Assembly (NCBI RefSeq): GCF_001194135.2
Contig: NC_068984.1
Span: 64,652,168 to 64,715,640 of the forward strand
From: Octopus bimaculoides
Lineage: Eukaryota
Reading direction: 5' to 3'
Length of the DNA stretch: 63,473 nucleotides
The position numbers and the translations under genes were made by a program. This document shows, piece by piece, positions 37,451 through 51,469 of the stretch (within the stretch, counting starts at the first letter, position 1; every line of letters begins with the position of its first letter). A model generated the notes under the pieces. The model was not told where the DNA came from. It saw nothing but the letters and a program-made list of their open reading frames with translations, and made no database searches.

Positions 37451-38799
37451 AGTTGGACGTGAAAAAAGGAAATTGAAAGACTTCCCAGCACTCCTTATGT
37501 AATGAAGCTTTCCGAATTTTCAGTCAAACTGACAGTCAAAACAGTTGTTATTGCTCTTGACTGATTGACAAGCAATCATTACCCAATATCACTAATACAA
37601 ATAGCAGTTTGTGCTGTTGGAAAAAATGGTGTACGTATTTCCGCGCATAGTGCACGTGTATACGTGCGTGTGCGCGTGTGTCTGTGAATGTGTGAGAGAG
37701 AGAGAGAGTAAACAAACATCAAAACAAAAGCCCAGTTACGCAACAAGCAAGAAACAAAAAAGTGTTCAAGTCAAAGGAGCGGCAGAGATCTAACAGAATA
37801 CCTCCCACACACACACACCTACACAATGGTAAAGAACATCTAAGACTACAATCTATGTATATAGTGTAGATATGCAATTCTCTCCTCACCTCTCTCTCTA
37901 TGTATCTTACACACATACACACGCGCACACACACACGCACACTATACGTAGGTAAGCAGCCGCACGAAGACAATTTTACGCCCATACGTATAATTTTCAT
38001 TCCATACTGTTTCTTTTTCTGTTAATTTTGTGACGACCTATGTCAACCAGATGTGTTTGCTCACACGCATTTCACCATCTCTTGCTTGATAATACCTATG
38101 ATCCTTGACATTCCAAATAACACTACTATATTCTGGTTTAAAGTAATACACAAACTACATATGTTTCGAATGGTATATTTGAAATTCTTTTACTGCCTTA
38201 TAAGGTCAGGTCATAGCTTAATTTCATTCTGCATTTCTTTATTGGGCATTTTCGGTGTTTCGATAATTATGATTTTTATTGTGAAGCACATAAATAACAG
38301 TTATCTATTTATGTTTGCATGCGTCTGTAAGTGTGTATGTATATGTAATTTAAAAAGTTGTAGGTGTTCACATTAACAAAAGCCATAGTAGTTATCTACT
38401 CTTTCTATATACGTGAGTGTGTATGTGTAGTAGTGGTAGTAGTAGTAAAATACATTAAATTATATAGCCCAGTAATGATAATACATCGTAATTCTCAGTT
38501 CCATATCCATGGTTGCCAAACAATCAGCATTAAAATTTCAAGTTAAAGTTTCACGATCATCCAATATTACTTGAACATCAGCAGCATATTTGAATCGGAG
38601 CTTTCATACTCTCTACTTTTCCATCTCGTTTTTAACCCACTATGAGACACTCTCGAACTTTAAAGTGACGTTAGCTCACTGTAACGTATAACAAAACACT
38701 CGCTGATACGGTCAAAATTTCAACTCGTTAACTTTTACAATTTAACACCATTTAAAATTCTAGCTCTCTTTATTTTTAACTGACCAAACAGTAATAAAC

Positions 38800-38892
38800 T
38801 CACCCTTGGGCGAGTGTATTCTACTATAGCCGCGGGCCAACCAAAGACTAATGAGTGGATTTGGTAGGCGGAGACTGAAAGAAGCTCGTCAC

Positions 38893-38931
<39 letters not shown>

Positions 38932-39107
38932 TATGTTTGTCCCCACCACCATTGCTTGACAACCGATGTTGGTGTGTTTAAGTCCTCGTAACCTAGCGGT
39001 TCGGCAAAATGGAACGATAGAATAAGTACAAGGCTTAAAAAAAGAATAAGTCCTGAGGTCGATTTCTTCGACTCAAAAACTCTTTAAGGAGGATCTCCAG
39101 CATGCAG
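38800..39107 (+). mobile_element. SINE family B (5'-truncated)
   Basis: ccttgggcgagtgtattctactatagccgcgggccaacc...ctccagcatg. Confidence 0.85.
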
Positions 39108-39989
39108 NNNNNNNNNNNNNNNNNNNNNNNNNNNNNNNNNNNNNNNNNNNNNNNNNNNNNNNNNNNNNNNNNNNNNNNNNNNNNNNNNNNNNNNNNNNNN
39201 NNNNNNNNNNNNNNNNNNNNNNNNNNNNNNNNNNNNNNNNNNNNNNNNNNNNNNNNNNNNNNNNNNNNNNNNNNNNNNNNNNNNNNNNNNNNNNNNNNNN
39301 NNNNNNNNNNNNNNNNNNNNNNNNNNNNNNNNNNNNNNNNNNNNNNNNNNNNNNNNNNNNNNNNNNNNNNNNNNNNNNNNNNNNNNNNNNNNNNNNNNTA
39401 TATATATATATATATATATATGTAATTGATATTTGAATAAGAAGTCGGATTTATAAACACCCGATAAATTGATTGTTCCCCTTCTACCTTGAATATGAAA
39501 CTGTCACAAACAGAATATGTAATTTAATATGTATATAATACATATGCGCTTTGGTTCAGTGAAACCTGGTAGAATCCATTTAGAAAATGCACCAAATATA
39601 TATTATTTATACACAGACGAGTGTGAGTGAGTGAGTGTGTGTAGATTTGCTGTGAATGACTCTTGCGAGCGATACTCAGAGTCTCAGAATCAAATGTCAA
39701 ATCGGTCAGATGTTCGTTATGACTCATGGGGCACATCTCAACGACAAGAAACGTACTTACAAAATAAAACAATTCCCGAGAGAGCCATTAACACCATATC
39801 TACAAAATATATTTCACATAAAATATTCAGTGCTGACACTTGCACTAATTATACGTACTGCAAGTAAGTGTGTGTGTATGTATGTATGTATGTATGTTTG
39901 AAAAAAGCCCCTCTGACAAAAGCCCCATAGTTAAGGTATGAAAGTGAACAAAAGCCCCACGGTTATATTTTTCGATTATTTTTTCGTTC

Positions 39990-40161
39990 TTTTCACCTTT
40001 TACTTGTTTCAGTCGTTGGACTGCGGCCATGCTGGGGCACCGCCTTGAAGAATTTTTAGTTGAACCTATCGACCCCAGAATTTCTTTTTTTTTTTCTACT
40101 TGCTGCAGTTATTAGACTACAGCCATGTTGGGACACCACCTTGAAGAATTTTTAGTCGAAT
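39990..40161 (-). mobile_element. Two tandem SINE family B 3' ends inside the TIR element
   Basis: tacttgtttcagtcgttggactgcggccatgctggggcaccgccttgaagaatttttag occurs at ~40001 and again, degenerate, at ~40098. Confidence 0.8.
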
Positions 40162-40884
40162 NNNNNNNNNNNNNNNNNNNNNNNNNNNNNNNNNNNNNNN
40201 NNNNNNNNNNNNNNNNNNNNNNNNNNNNNNNNNNNNNNNNNNNNNNNNNNNNNNNNNNNNNNNNNNNNNNNNNNNNNNNNNNNNNNNNNNNNNNNNNNNN
40301 NNNNNNNNNNNNNNNNNNNNNNNNNNNNNNNNNNNNNNNNNNNNNNNNNNNNNNNNNNNNNNNNNNNNNNNNNNNNNNNNNNNNNNNNNNNNNNNNNNNN
40401 NNNNNNNNNNNNNNNNNNNNNNNNNNNNNNNNNNNNNNNNNNNNNNNNNNNNNNNNNNNNNNNNNNNNNNNNNNNNNNNNNNNNNNNNNNNNNNNNNNNN
40501 NNNNNNNNNNNNNNNNNNNNNNNNNNNNNNNNNNNNNNNNNNNNNNNNNNNNNNNNNNNNNNNNNNNNNNNNNNNNNNNNNNNNNNNNNNNNNNNNNNNN
40601 NNNNNNNNNNNNNNNNNNNNNNNNNNNNNNNNNNNNNNNNNNNNNNNNNNNNNNNNNNNNNNNNNNNNNNNNNNNNNNNNNNNNNNNNNNNNNNNNNNNN
40701 NNNNNNNNNNNNNNNNNNNNNNNNNNNNNNNNNNNNNNNNNNNNNNNNNNNNNNNNNNNNNNNNNNNNNNNNNNNNNNNNNNNNNNNNNNNNNNNNNNNN
40801 NNNNNNNNNNNNNNNNNNNNNNNNNNNNNNNNNNNNNNNNNNNNNNNNNNNNNNNNNNNNNNNNNNNNNNNNNNNNNNNNNCTT

Positions 40885-40966
40885 TAACCCTAACCCTAAC
40901 CCTAGGGTTAGGGTTAGAGTTAGGGTTAGGGTTAGGGTTAGGGTTAGAGTTAGGGTTAGGGTTAGG
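40885..40966. repeat. Interstitial telomere-type repeat: (TAACCC)3 switching to about 10 TTAGGG/TTAGAG units
   Basis: Direct reading; palindromic switch CCCTAGGG at 40900-40907; abuts gap 40162-40881. Confidence 0.92.
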
Positions 40967-41559
40967 ATTAATTGTTTCAGAATCGTTTGTTTATGTAGTC
41001 GGCACTTAATGTATATCGGCTGAATGGACGTCAGTGATTGGTTGAAATTACAGAAATACGACAACTTTAACATGGAATAATTTATGGATTTCTTTTTTTT
41101 TAAAGAAGACTAAGAGAAAAAGATGTTTTATATGACACATTCTACCAGTGTTCCAAGTTTCAAAGTGTTTCGTTAATGAAAAATGTGGCCCCCGTTTTAA
41201 AAAAGATCCATACATTGAACTAAAAGTTCTAAAAAGTAACCGAAAAATATAACCGTGGGGCTTTTGTCCTAAGAGGCTTTTGTCCTAGGGAGCTTTTGTC
41301 CGGACCCTATGTATGTACTGTATGTGTGTATGGATGTACTTGTGTGTGTGCGTGTAGATGTTTCATTACACATATAATTAATATACACGCATACATCAGA
41401 TATATTCAGGTATGTTAAAGCACATATATCAATGTGTGTGTGCGCGTGCGCTTCAATAAGTTGATATACGAAAGACGAAAACATGGTTGATTTTTTATTT
41501 GTCGAGGTCCTGCAGCTTCCCAACTCATCGTTATGTAAAAACAGCACTGAGAGAAACGT

Positions 41560-41730
41560 CAACAGAAGAAAGGAGAACATGGAAAAGACCACGGGCCATA
41601 TTGCGTTGAACTTTTCAGGATGACCTGAAGGCGGTCAAAAGACACTGGAAAAACAGAACACATAACCGATCGAAAACACTTGAGGACTGCCGTATACACA
41701 CGCTGATGGACGGACTAACTAACTAAATAT
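41560..41730 (+). mobile_element. Old RTE-like 3' remnant
   Basis: RPRAILR*TFQDDLKAVKRHW resembles GRPRxTWxxTxxxDL; (TAAC)n tail. Confidence 0.45.
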
Positions 41731-43092
41731 CTCCACTCTTTCTTTCTTTCACTTTTTCCTTCTTTAGTTTTTCAGTGTTTATTCCTCAAGTTGATTACTG
41801 TCTGAATTTTTATCGGATCGTTTTCAGACAGAATCATGTCTCCACAGAATTGAGAGAAACATACTCGTTGGAATCGGGAGACTTCAAGTCGGACATCTGG
41901 ATGTTATGTAATCGTAACATTTCTTGTCTAACTTAACAAAATGGTTTATTATTTTTTATTCGACTCGCATAAACAAATGTAATATATACAGTACAAAATC
42001 AGAAGCAGAATGGCTTCACATAAAACATACACCACACACACACATACACACAAGCATATAGTATACAGACATGTGTACTTATTTTCAAGCCTCACCAAAA
42101 AAAATTCGTTAATTCAATGCACTTAGAAATAAATATTCTATCAACAAAAAATTTTTTTTTCCTATGTGATTTATATTTATTTAGATACACAGAAACACGA
42201 ACGCATGCAAATAAATTTCAGTATGGACTATCTTTGTTAAGATATATGTTGGCTGTTTTGACCGACCAACTGACTAATAGCAAGGGTGTAATTGTAAATC
42301 AAGGTAAAAGAAATGAAGATTGAAAGAAGCAAAAAAGATAGATCTAATGTACGCGCAACTGCGTGCCTTTCCACCACCATTCCGCTCTTTAAATCTCATG
42401 AAGGTTTTGCAGATCTGTTTACTGTTCTAGCTTTGAAACCTATTTGAAGTGGGTGAATTACAGAGTCGTACTCTGCATTTTTTTTTACCAAGAACACAAC
42501 ATCAGTTATGCTTTGTTCAACGCCAGGAGTTACCATAACCAGTGATTCTGATAATTATTAGGATGCAAGCTAAATGTCTACTTTGGATACTACGGTTACC
42601 ACTCTTTCTCTCCCTCACCCCCACACACACAACAGTAGTCCGCAAAATCTCCTTTTTGTAGTTTTGTTTCCACTCAACATTGACATCGATATCAAATGGA
42701 TAAACTAACTCCCACGCAACAAAGTGGAAAGCAAGATCCTGCCTGTCCTGGCGAATAGAGTCTAAAACGCGGATGCGTTTCACGCATGATTTTATACGCT
42801 TGCGTTGATAATTGACTTATCGGAATATGACTGTTCTTACCTTGTATGTGTATGCATAGTGAGTGTGTGTGTGTTTGTGCGAGAGAGTTCAGTATACTGC
42901 AACGAATGTAAATGTTTGAAACATTGCTGTATATACCCAAAGTTTTCTACAAAATGGCATAATTATACGAACAACCTATTTTTTGCATTGTTAGCTCACA
43001 TCAGGTCTCACTCAAACTCGCTCTCCTGTACACAGATCGCGGCTTACATTTGTATATTTCGATATATTATCGTATTATCTCCTTATATATTT

Positions 43093-44054
43093 TGTAGCGC
43101 ACACTCGAGTGAAATTCCTCTCCCCTTTATTATATATACATTCATTCGAACGTAGCAGATAATAGCTGACCTTTGGCCGCTATTTATTACTCTGATTGGT
43201 TGCCATTGTTTCTTACTCTATTGCGTCAATATGCAGCGTATAACCAATCGGAGCCCCTAAAAAAGAACACGTGAGACAGCCTTTTCTCAACTCGTTTTGA
43301 GCCTATTCTTCATTATAAAAAATCACCTTCTTCTCTTCTCGAGTTCTTTGGTTCCAAACCTTCTAAGGTCTAGCTACTGACTACACAAGACAGCCAGTTA
43401 CAGCGACAACACCAGACAACAACACCCGTCCAACACCCAGGTTTCAACACAGCACTGTTCGTGAATTACTTCACTCTGGATTTACAGCAAAGATACAAAC
43501 TGCGAGCCAGACAACAACATCCAACAGCATTACGGCAATCTCTCTTCGTCGCTATCATCTTCTTCTTAACAATGTCAACATCTCTACGTACACAGCTCAA
43601 CCAGCAATACTGCACAGGTTCTAACATATCACTGTTTGTGAATTACTTCACTATGGTTAATAGTGAATATACAACCTGTGAGAACTCCTGTACAAGTGAC
43701 CCAGGCAGCAGCATTACAGCCACAATTTCGTACGACACGTACTGCATCATCGCCACAACTTCTTGATACAACATTTCAACTTCCGTGTACAATTGACTAC
43801 GAACTGGTATTTCTCATTCTTGTGTCAATGAACATTCGTCTTAACTTCTCATTATAGACTCTTTCACTTTCTTCCTCGTTGAGTTTATATGTACTTAACG
43901 CACACATACATTCCTATACACATACACTTTGTTCTCATGACGGCCTGTCTATTATTCTGTATACATGACGCGCACACAGACACACGTTAAGTTATCAATA
44001 AAACCTCTCTTGGACCTTCTATTCGGTTGTGTCTTTCTCTTTCCAACTGGCACA
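43093..44054 (+). mobile_element. Probable solo LTR
   Basis: TGT...ACA ends, ATTGG/CCAAT boxes (43196, 43244), TATAAAA (~43313), AATAAA (~43997) followed by a GT/T-rich tract. No coding capacity. TSD is not clean. Confidence 0.5.
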
Positions 44055-45339
44055 TTATATGTATTATTCTAGCCTTCTGAACGGAGTCGTTATTTGATGG
44101 ATTCACCATGTCATCACAACGACCATCTATAATTTCTATACAGAAAAACGCTATATCACTTGAAAGTGACTATACTAATTTGCATATAACTGTTAAAAAT
44201 TCACTTTATACTAATCATGAAAACTGAATATAAAAAAAGAAAGAAAAAAGGTAAGTGTATTGTTGTCTTTTACAGACACTCCGTTAAAGAGAATCTTCCT
44301 CATCTATCTTCACTAAACTGACATTTTAAGTTTTCCCGCTGTTGCTGGTACTGTTGAGACAGTGCGCGTGCTAGTGTGTTAGAAACAAAGTGCGTGTGGC
44401 GCAATAGAAGTTGTTATAAATTGAGTCAATGTTTAATGTGTATAGTAGTGGGAGAAACTTAGGTTCGATTCCCATTTGACTTATTTCACTTTACTTCTTG
44501 TAAAAATCTCCAACGGTAAGTCAATAACTTGGATAAGAATTCATTCCGTCCGACTGGTTTAACTTTGTCAGACTAGATTAATACGAAACCATTGGTAGTG
44601 ACCCATTAAGGAATTATATGGAATGTTTTCGTTTTCCATATACGTAACGGCGCAGCAGAGTGGAAAACAAGCTGACCAATATATTCTCAAACACCGATTC
44701 GTTTCGCGATTGAACTGGTGCTGAAATTTTGCTTCAAAGAAAAGGCACGAAGACCACAAACTCAATAGTTCCTACCTGTTAAGACCTAAGTTTTCGTGAC
44801 TAAAAAAAATTTAGCCACTTCACAGTATTCAATCGCTTGGAGATTAGTTCTACCATACTTATTTCCCTTGTTCATTTGTCGTTCATAACAATCTAAGTCA
44901 ATGCGTTATTTTATTCTTTTACTGGACAGTAAACATCCTGGGCGTACTATTTTCAAAAGTTTTAGTCTATTATATCCACTTAGGTATTTTCATCTGGTCC
45001 ATATTTTATCGAACTCTAATTATTGAACTGATGAGTTACAAGCCATGCAGAAACAACGAAGTAAGATCGCTTTTTAGATCAGTGTATACATAAAAAGATG
45101 GGCAAGCAAACACACATCAGGAGTTTGCATAGTTTCCGTTTTCTAAATTCTGACAAGTTGATGGTCAACACGCCACCACATTAGAGGACACTATTGTCCA
45201 AAGTAAGTGGGATCGAAGCCAGGACCATGCAGCTGCAAGCGAACATTTTAACTGCATAGTTGGGAGTATGGTTGGGTTCTGCAGACTGTCGGATATAGTG
45301 AATGTTTTTTCGCATCTATCATATTAGTGAAACAAATTA

Positions 45340-45553
45340 TGGTTTCTGTACTAGGCACAAGGCCAGCAATGTATGAGAGTGGGGAAGAGATTAAGCGATA
45401 TTTTTTTACCCCAACACTTGGTTTGTTCTTTATCATATCTACTCCGAAAAGATGATCAGCAAAGTTGACCTCGGCGTAATTCGAACTTAGAACGCAAAAA
45501 GCTCGAAGAAATATAGCAACGAATTTTGTCCAAACGCTCTAATGATTCTGCTA
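45340..45553 (-). mobile_element. Degenerate SINE family C
   Basis: aggcacaaggcc...gcaaagttgacctcggcgtaattcgaacttagaacg...aatgattctgc. Confidence 0.75.
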
Positions 45554-46041
45554 ACAGTGACGAAACAGAAATGCTTCGGATATGAATGGGTAACAGAATT
45601 TGGTTGGCGAAGAAAGAACAATTGCTAACCGAAATTACAGGGGCTTTAAGCAGAAATCACTCAACTGGGTACGTCAACTATTTGTTTGACTTATATGATG
45701 TGGACTTTATTGTTGAAAACCTTGAGTAGCAACATGCAATATGATGAGGATGGTCGCCCAGACGGATCAGATGAAGGATTGCAAATGAAAGAATTCTCAA
45801 TGAGAGAACTCGATGCTGTTTTAAGAGTTTTTTTTTTTTTCTTTTCTTTTAGGATGAAAGAATATGAAAACGGAGGCAGATCAAAATAGAAGAGATGGTG
45901 AAAGGGAGATAAGGAGAGGGAGAAAGAAAAAGAACGAGATGCAATTCAGAAGAGAAGCTGGTGCCGATAAGAAATTAAAAATCCAAACATTCTTTTTACA
46001 ATACTTGAACAAAATTTATTTTGTGTGCCAAAATCTGAAAC

Positions 46042-46089
<48 letters not shown>

Positions 46090-46919
46090 CACTTTGCATA
46101 GGCTGACGCAAGTCAATAAACTAATAAAACATAAAACTGCATCCAATTCATTTATTTCCTTTTTTCTATTCATGTCAATGTTCGTGCATCTTTCTCCACA
46201 CTCCGTTCGGAAATTTAAAAATTNNNNNNNNNNNNNNNNNNNNNNNNNNNNNNNNNNNNNNNNNNNNNNNNNNNNNNNNNNNNNNNNNNNNNNNNNNNNN
46301 NNNNNNNNNNNNNNNNNNNNNNNNNNNNNNNNNNNNNNNNNGTGTGTGTGTGTGTGTGTGTGTGTGTGAAAATATTTTATAGTATGTGTGTATGCATATG
46401 AGCTTTTGCTCAACAGTCGAATTTTACACTCTACACTCTCGGGTGTAATTACATGAAAGGTCGTTGAGCGTGAAACACGACGTAGTGACCAAAATTTTTA
46501 TTTGAATAAATATATAAATACACTCACTATACCAATGCATTAAATATAACCTTGGTTTTCTTGGGGGGTTTTTTTTCGTTTTACAGACCATAATATTTGT
46601 ATATGTATAGTAAATCCGTAATTTCAAGGAAATCAATATCCACCGATAGACGTATTTCACACTTCAAAAGTTATCGACTTACGAATTCGTTTTATCCACT
46701 TTTTATAATAAACGGCGAGTTGTTGTATGTACTGTAAGCCAGTACGCATGAGAACAGGTCTCTTGTGATCTGGCGTAACTGTACCATTAGTAATTAACAT
46801 AACAATATAAAACAATTATAGAATATATGTAGATCTCGAAGCAGGCGTTCTGTATGGTGAACTTGCATATGGGAAGGCATCCTGAGCACAAACCAAGACT
46901 GCACAGTTTCAGGAATATA

Positions 46920-47350
46920 TCTTTTATCATTTACTTGTTTCGGTCATAGGATATCGGCCAAGCTGGGGCACCGCTTTCAACGGTTTAGCGGCTACACTTT
47001 AGCCGAACGAAATCGACCCAGCACTTTTTTCTTTTTCTCTTCTTCTAAACTCTAGTATTTATTCAATCAATTTTGCCAAACTGTTAAGTCACGGAAACCT
47101 AAACAAACCGACACCGGTTGTCAAGCAGTGGAAGGGGGACAAAGACACATACACATTCTTTTGTTTCAGTCATTAGACTGCAGCCATACCGGGGCACTAC
47201 CTTGAAGAATTTTTAGTCGAACAAATAACCCCAGTACTAATTTTTTAAAGCCTGCTAGTACTTATTCTATCGGTCACTTTTGCCAAACTGTTAAGTTACG
47301 GTGACGTAACAAACCAACACTGGTTTTCAAGTGGGGGGGGGAACACAGGT
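46920..47350 (-). mobile_element. Two tandem SINE family B 3' halves
   Basis: tttacttgtttcggtcatagg... at ~46930 and ttgtttcagtcattagactgcagcc... at ~47161, each followed by ttgccaaactgttaagt.acgg. Confidence 0.8.
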
Positions 47351-47361
47351 ACAAACACACG

Positions 47362-47412
<51 letters not shown>

Positions 47413-47796
47413 TACGCATAGTTATATATGATAAAAAAACTGGGAAACGTCCTGGCTATAGAATAAAGTATACAAAATCAATTATTTCGAGTCGTAACTT
47501 AACATGCTGCTGGCTCTGAATTCAATAAGAAATATACAGAGATACCATTAAAAATGAAATTATAACACTTTTAACACACGGTAGGACACAGTATGGACTT
47601 CTAAACCTACCATATACTTCGTAGTATATTATGGTTTCAAAACGAAATACCGATTCCTTGCCAACAATTAAAAATCAACGTGTGTGTGTTCATATGTGCA
47701 CACATTTAATAAATGGGTGACTCAGTTCCACATTAAGCAACCCATTATTAAATACTAAAAACTCCAAGAAAAAATGTTTAAATGCATTCACCCACT

Positions 47797-47829
<33 letters not shown>

Positions 47830-48522
47830 GGGTAAAGACCCCCTTCGGTCATGAATAACCATGAGATTGAACCTAGAAAGTTACCCTCCGAGGGACAAGT
47901 CCGGGCAAGNNNNNNNNNNNNNNNNNNNNNNNNNNNNNNNNNNNNNNNNNNNNNNNNNNNNNNNNNNNNNNNNNNNNNNNNNNNNNNNNNNNNNNNNNNN
48001 NNNNNNNNNNNNNNNNNNNNNNNNNNNNNNNNNNNNNNNNNNNNNNNNNNNNNNNNNNNNNNNNNNNNNNNNNNNNNNNNNNNNNNNNNNNNNNNNNNNN
48101 NNNNNNNNNNNNNNNNNNNNNNNNNNNNNNNNNNNNNNNNNNNNNNNNNNNNNNNNNNNNNNNNNNNNNNNNNNNNNNNNNNNNNNNNNNNNNNNNNNNN
48201 NNNNNNNNNNNNNNNNNNNNNNNNNNNNNNNNNNNNNNNNNNNNNNNNNNNNNNNNNNNNNNNNNNNNNNNNNNNNNNNNNNNNNNNNNNNNNNNNNNNN
48301 NNNNNNNNNNNNNNNNNNNNNNNNNNNNNNNNNNNNNNNNNNNNNNNNNNNNNNNNNNNNNNNNNNNNNNNNNNNNNNNNNNNNNNNNCACACGTACGTA
48401 CTGCTATAACCTATTGAATTTTTGTTGCTTATCTTCAAATATATATATATATATATATGTGGTTTAAAGGTACAGAAAGCAAAAACAGAGACGGGTGAGA
48501 GAACAACAAGCAGTTGTATTTA

Positions 48523-48586
48523 GTTTAACGCCCGGGAAAAATAGAGAAGTTTTTGACGTTTCGAGCCTACGCTCTTCGACAGAAAT
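48523..48586 (-). ncRNA. Minimal type I hammerhead-like motif (Penelope-type) with a mutated core
   Basis: Minus strand ATTT-CTGTCGA-A-GAGC-GTAG-GCTC-GAAA-CGTC...GGCG-TT-AAAC. Stems II and III and a 3-bp stem I are present; CUGUCGA replaces CUGANGA. Confidence 0.5.
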
Positions 48587-49949
48587 GGATGAGAGGGGGA
48601 AAGTCAAGAGTGAGAGAGAGAAAAAATCCTGGTTCCACACACAAACAGATGTATTAAAACTAAAATAAAACTCTAAAAAAATCATATTTGCTTTTTAATG
48701 TTTTTATTTTTGATATCATATGGAAGAATCATGGTGACTTTTAGACTTTAATGAAAATAAAAACAAGATATAGAAAATGACAATTGACAGGTTCGATTCA
48801 TCAGAGATCCCATGACAAAAAGAAATGTCACCACTACACCGCTATCAACAAACAATATTATAAACAATAAACAGCAAGGATGAATATGTTCACTCTTACA
48901 ACCACCACCACCACCTACATTACCACGTCAATCCAACCACGCCTACCTCTTTCATCGCCACCCCACATCAACTATCAGTTTCCAATAACTTGTATAAATA
49001 TTTCAGCGGGTGGGGATGCCAGTCAACGACGACGACGACTATGATGATGATGATGATGAGGAAGAGGAGGTGGCGGATACCTGACCTTCTTAAAACTCTT
49101 TCAGAATCGAAATATCTCAAATTTAACAGAATCTCTGTTCTCAGAATCTGGTCTCCGTCTTCTACAATCAGATATCACAGTGCAAATCTAATAACACTCA
49201 CAGCAAAAACGTCCAAATTGCTGTTACTTTAGGCGTCTGGATGAGACGTGGAACAGTTCGTATGAAACAAGGAAACAACAGCGTAAAAAATAACAATAAT
49301 CATCGTCGACGTCGTCTTCATCGTCATATGATGTTAGATGAGAAAGAAATTAGAAGTACCCTAGGTGCGTTTGAAAGCTGAGAGGGAAAGAGAAGAGAGG
49401 GAACCAAAGACAGAGCGTGGACAAAAGGTAATGGGGTCACATTTGCATAAGATCCCTGTAACAGAGTATAAGTAGGGAAGGGTATTACTAAAGGAGAGAT
49501 GCTTTTCTCACAGCAGTGAGCGGACGGATACATTAAACATGGTTCATACGAACAATAATTATGAATAATAATGTGTGGCTCATCAAGGTGGTAGCTGTAG
49601 CCGTCGTGATAAATAAGTTGAAGCAGAGATTTAACGGAAGAAGAAGATAGAATGTTATAATTAAGAAACTGGAGATTATAAAGGCAAGTGGAGATGCTGA
49701 CATAACGTTCTGTGAGTGACCTGCCAGGTAGTGAAAAGTGTATGGTGGTGGTGGTGGTGGGAGGAGAAGATGAGATGAATGTAATTAGCAGTGGTGGGAG
49801 GAGTGCTGTTGAAAGGCGAAGGGAGGGACCATCGATTTAAAATGACTACGATGAAGATGATGATGATGATGATGACGATGACGACGACTATGACGAACAC
49901 CATCGTCACTGTAATAATCATTAAAAACTGTTGTTGTTTTTTCAAACAC

Positions 49950-50270
<321 letters not shown>

Positions 50271-51469
50271 AACAGTTCGTTAGAAGTGAATTAAAAAGAA
50301 GACAAAGCGAGTGAGATAGATAGATAGATAGATAGATAGGGACATGTGAAAGAAAGATAAAGAAAAGAGACAGAAAGAGGCACGGGGTTTTGTATAACCT
50401 CCTAATAGAAAAAATGAATGATGATAAACGAATTAAAAACATCTCTCAGACACGCGCGCGCACAAACAACTGATATGATATGACTTGCACCATGTTGTTA
50501 TCGAATATCATTTATATCACTTGTTCGATATCATATAACACACCACACACCGCAATCACAACAACAGCAACAACAACAACAAATATACAGAAAATCACTA
50601 GTAAAAATCGAAAAAGACACGAGTGCATGACGACGACAGTGATGATTGTTAAAAAATATACAACACGAAACAAAACAAACAACGAAGAGAGAAAATGCAG
50701 CGACAGGCAGAGGTATGATTAAAAAAGACTTTTGAATACATTCGTTTCGTTGGCCGATAAAAGCAAATGGATTAGTGTAGCACAGACCTAACACACCCGC
50801 CGCCGCAACCACCACCACCACCACCACNNNNNNNNNNNNNNNNNNNNNNNNNNNNNNNNNNNNNNNNNNNNNNNNNNNNNNNNNNNNNNNNNNNNNNNNN
50901 NNNNNNNNNNNNNNNNNNNNNNNNNNNNNNNNNNNNNNNNNNNNNNNNNNNNNNNNNNNNNNNNNNNNNNNNNNNNNNNNNNNNNNNNNNNNNNNNNNNN
51001 NNNNNNNNNNNNNNNNNNNNNNNNNNNNNNNNNNNNNNNNNNNNNNNNNNNNNNNNNNNNNNNNNNNNNNNNNNNNNNNNNNNNNNNNNNNNNNNNNNNN
51101 NNNNNNNNNNNNNNNNNNNNNNNNNNNNNNNNNNNNNNNNNNNNNNNNNNNNNNNNNNNNNNNNNNNNNNNNNNNNNNNNNNNNNNNNNNNNNNNNNNNN
51201 NNNNNNNNNNNNNNNNNNNNNNNNNNNNNNNNNNNNNNNNNNNNNNNNNNNNNNNNNNNNNNNNNNNNNNNNNNNNNNNNNNNNNNNNNNNNNNNNNNNN
51301 NNNNNNNNNNNNNNNNNNNNNNNNNNNNNNNNNNNNNNTATATATATATATATATATGAGCTTTAATAAAAAGTGTATTACTCTACCTCTGGTATTCGAG
51401 TACTATGTTTTCTTGTTTTGCACTTATGCCCTCACCACTGTGTGCGTGTGCATGTGTTGTGTATGTGTG

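Larger units (their letters stand above)
39901..41307. mobile_element. Non-autonomous TIR DNA element with GACAAAAGC-repeat termini and an internal telomere-type array
   Basis: caaaagccccacggttatatttttcgattattttt (39949-39983) is the reverse complement of ~41232-41266 with 2 mismatches. Subterminal GACAAAAGC repeats at both ends. Both flanks are tatgtatgt. Confidence 0.75.

Noticed and set aside
40885-40966. Chromosome end-to-end fusion site
   Set aside because: Orientation is CCCTAA then TTAGGG, the reverse of a fusion, and the array is short and enclosed by TIRs.
45740-45825. ORF segment QYDEDGRPDGSDEGLQMKEFSMRELDAVLR
   Set aside because: Short, with no donor site; FSMRELDAVL may be a LINE pre-RT remnant, but support is insufficient.
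47828-47909. Start of a GC-rich interspersed repeat (agggtaaagacccccttcggtcatgaa...)
   Set aside because: Only ~80 nt before a gap and single in this window; cannot be classified.
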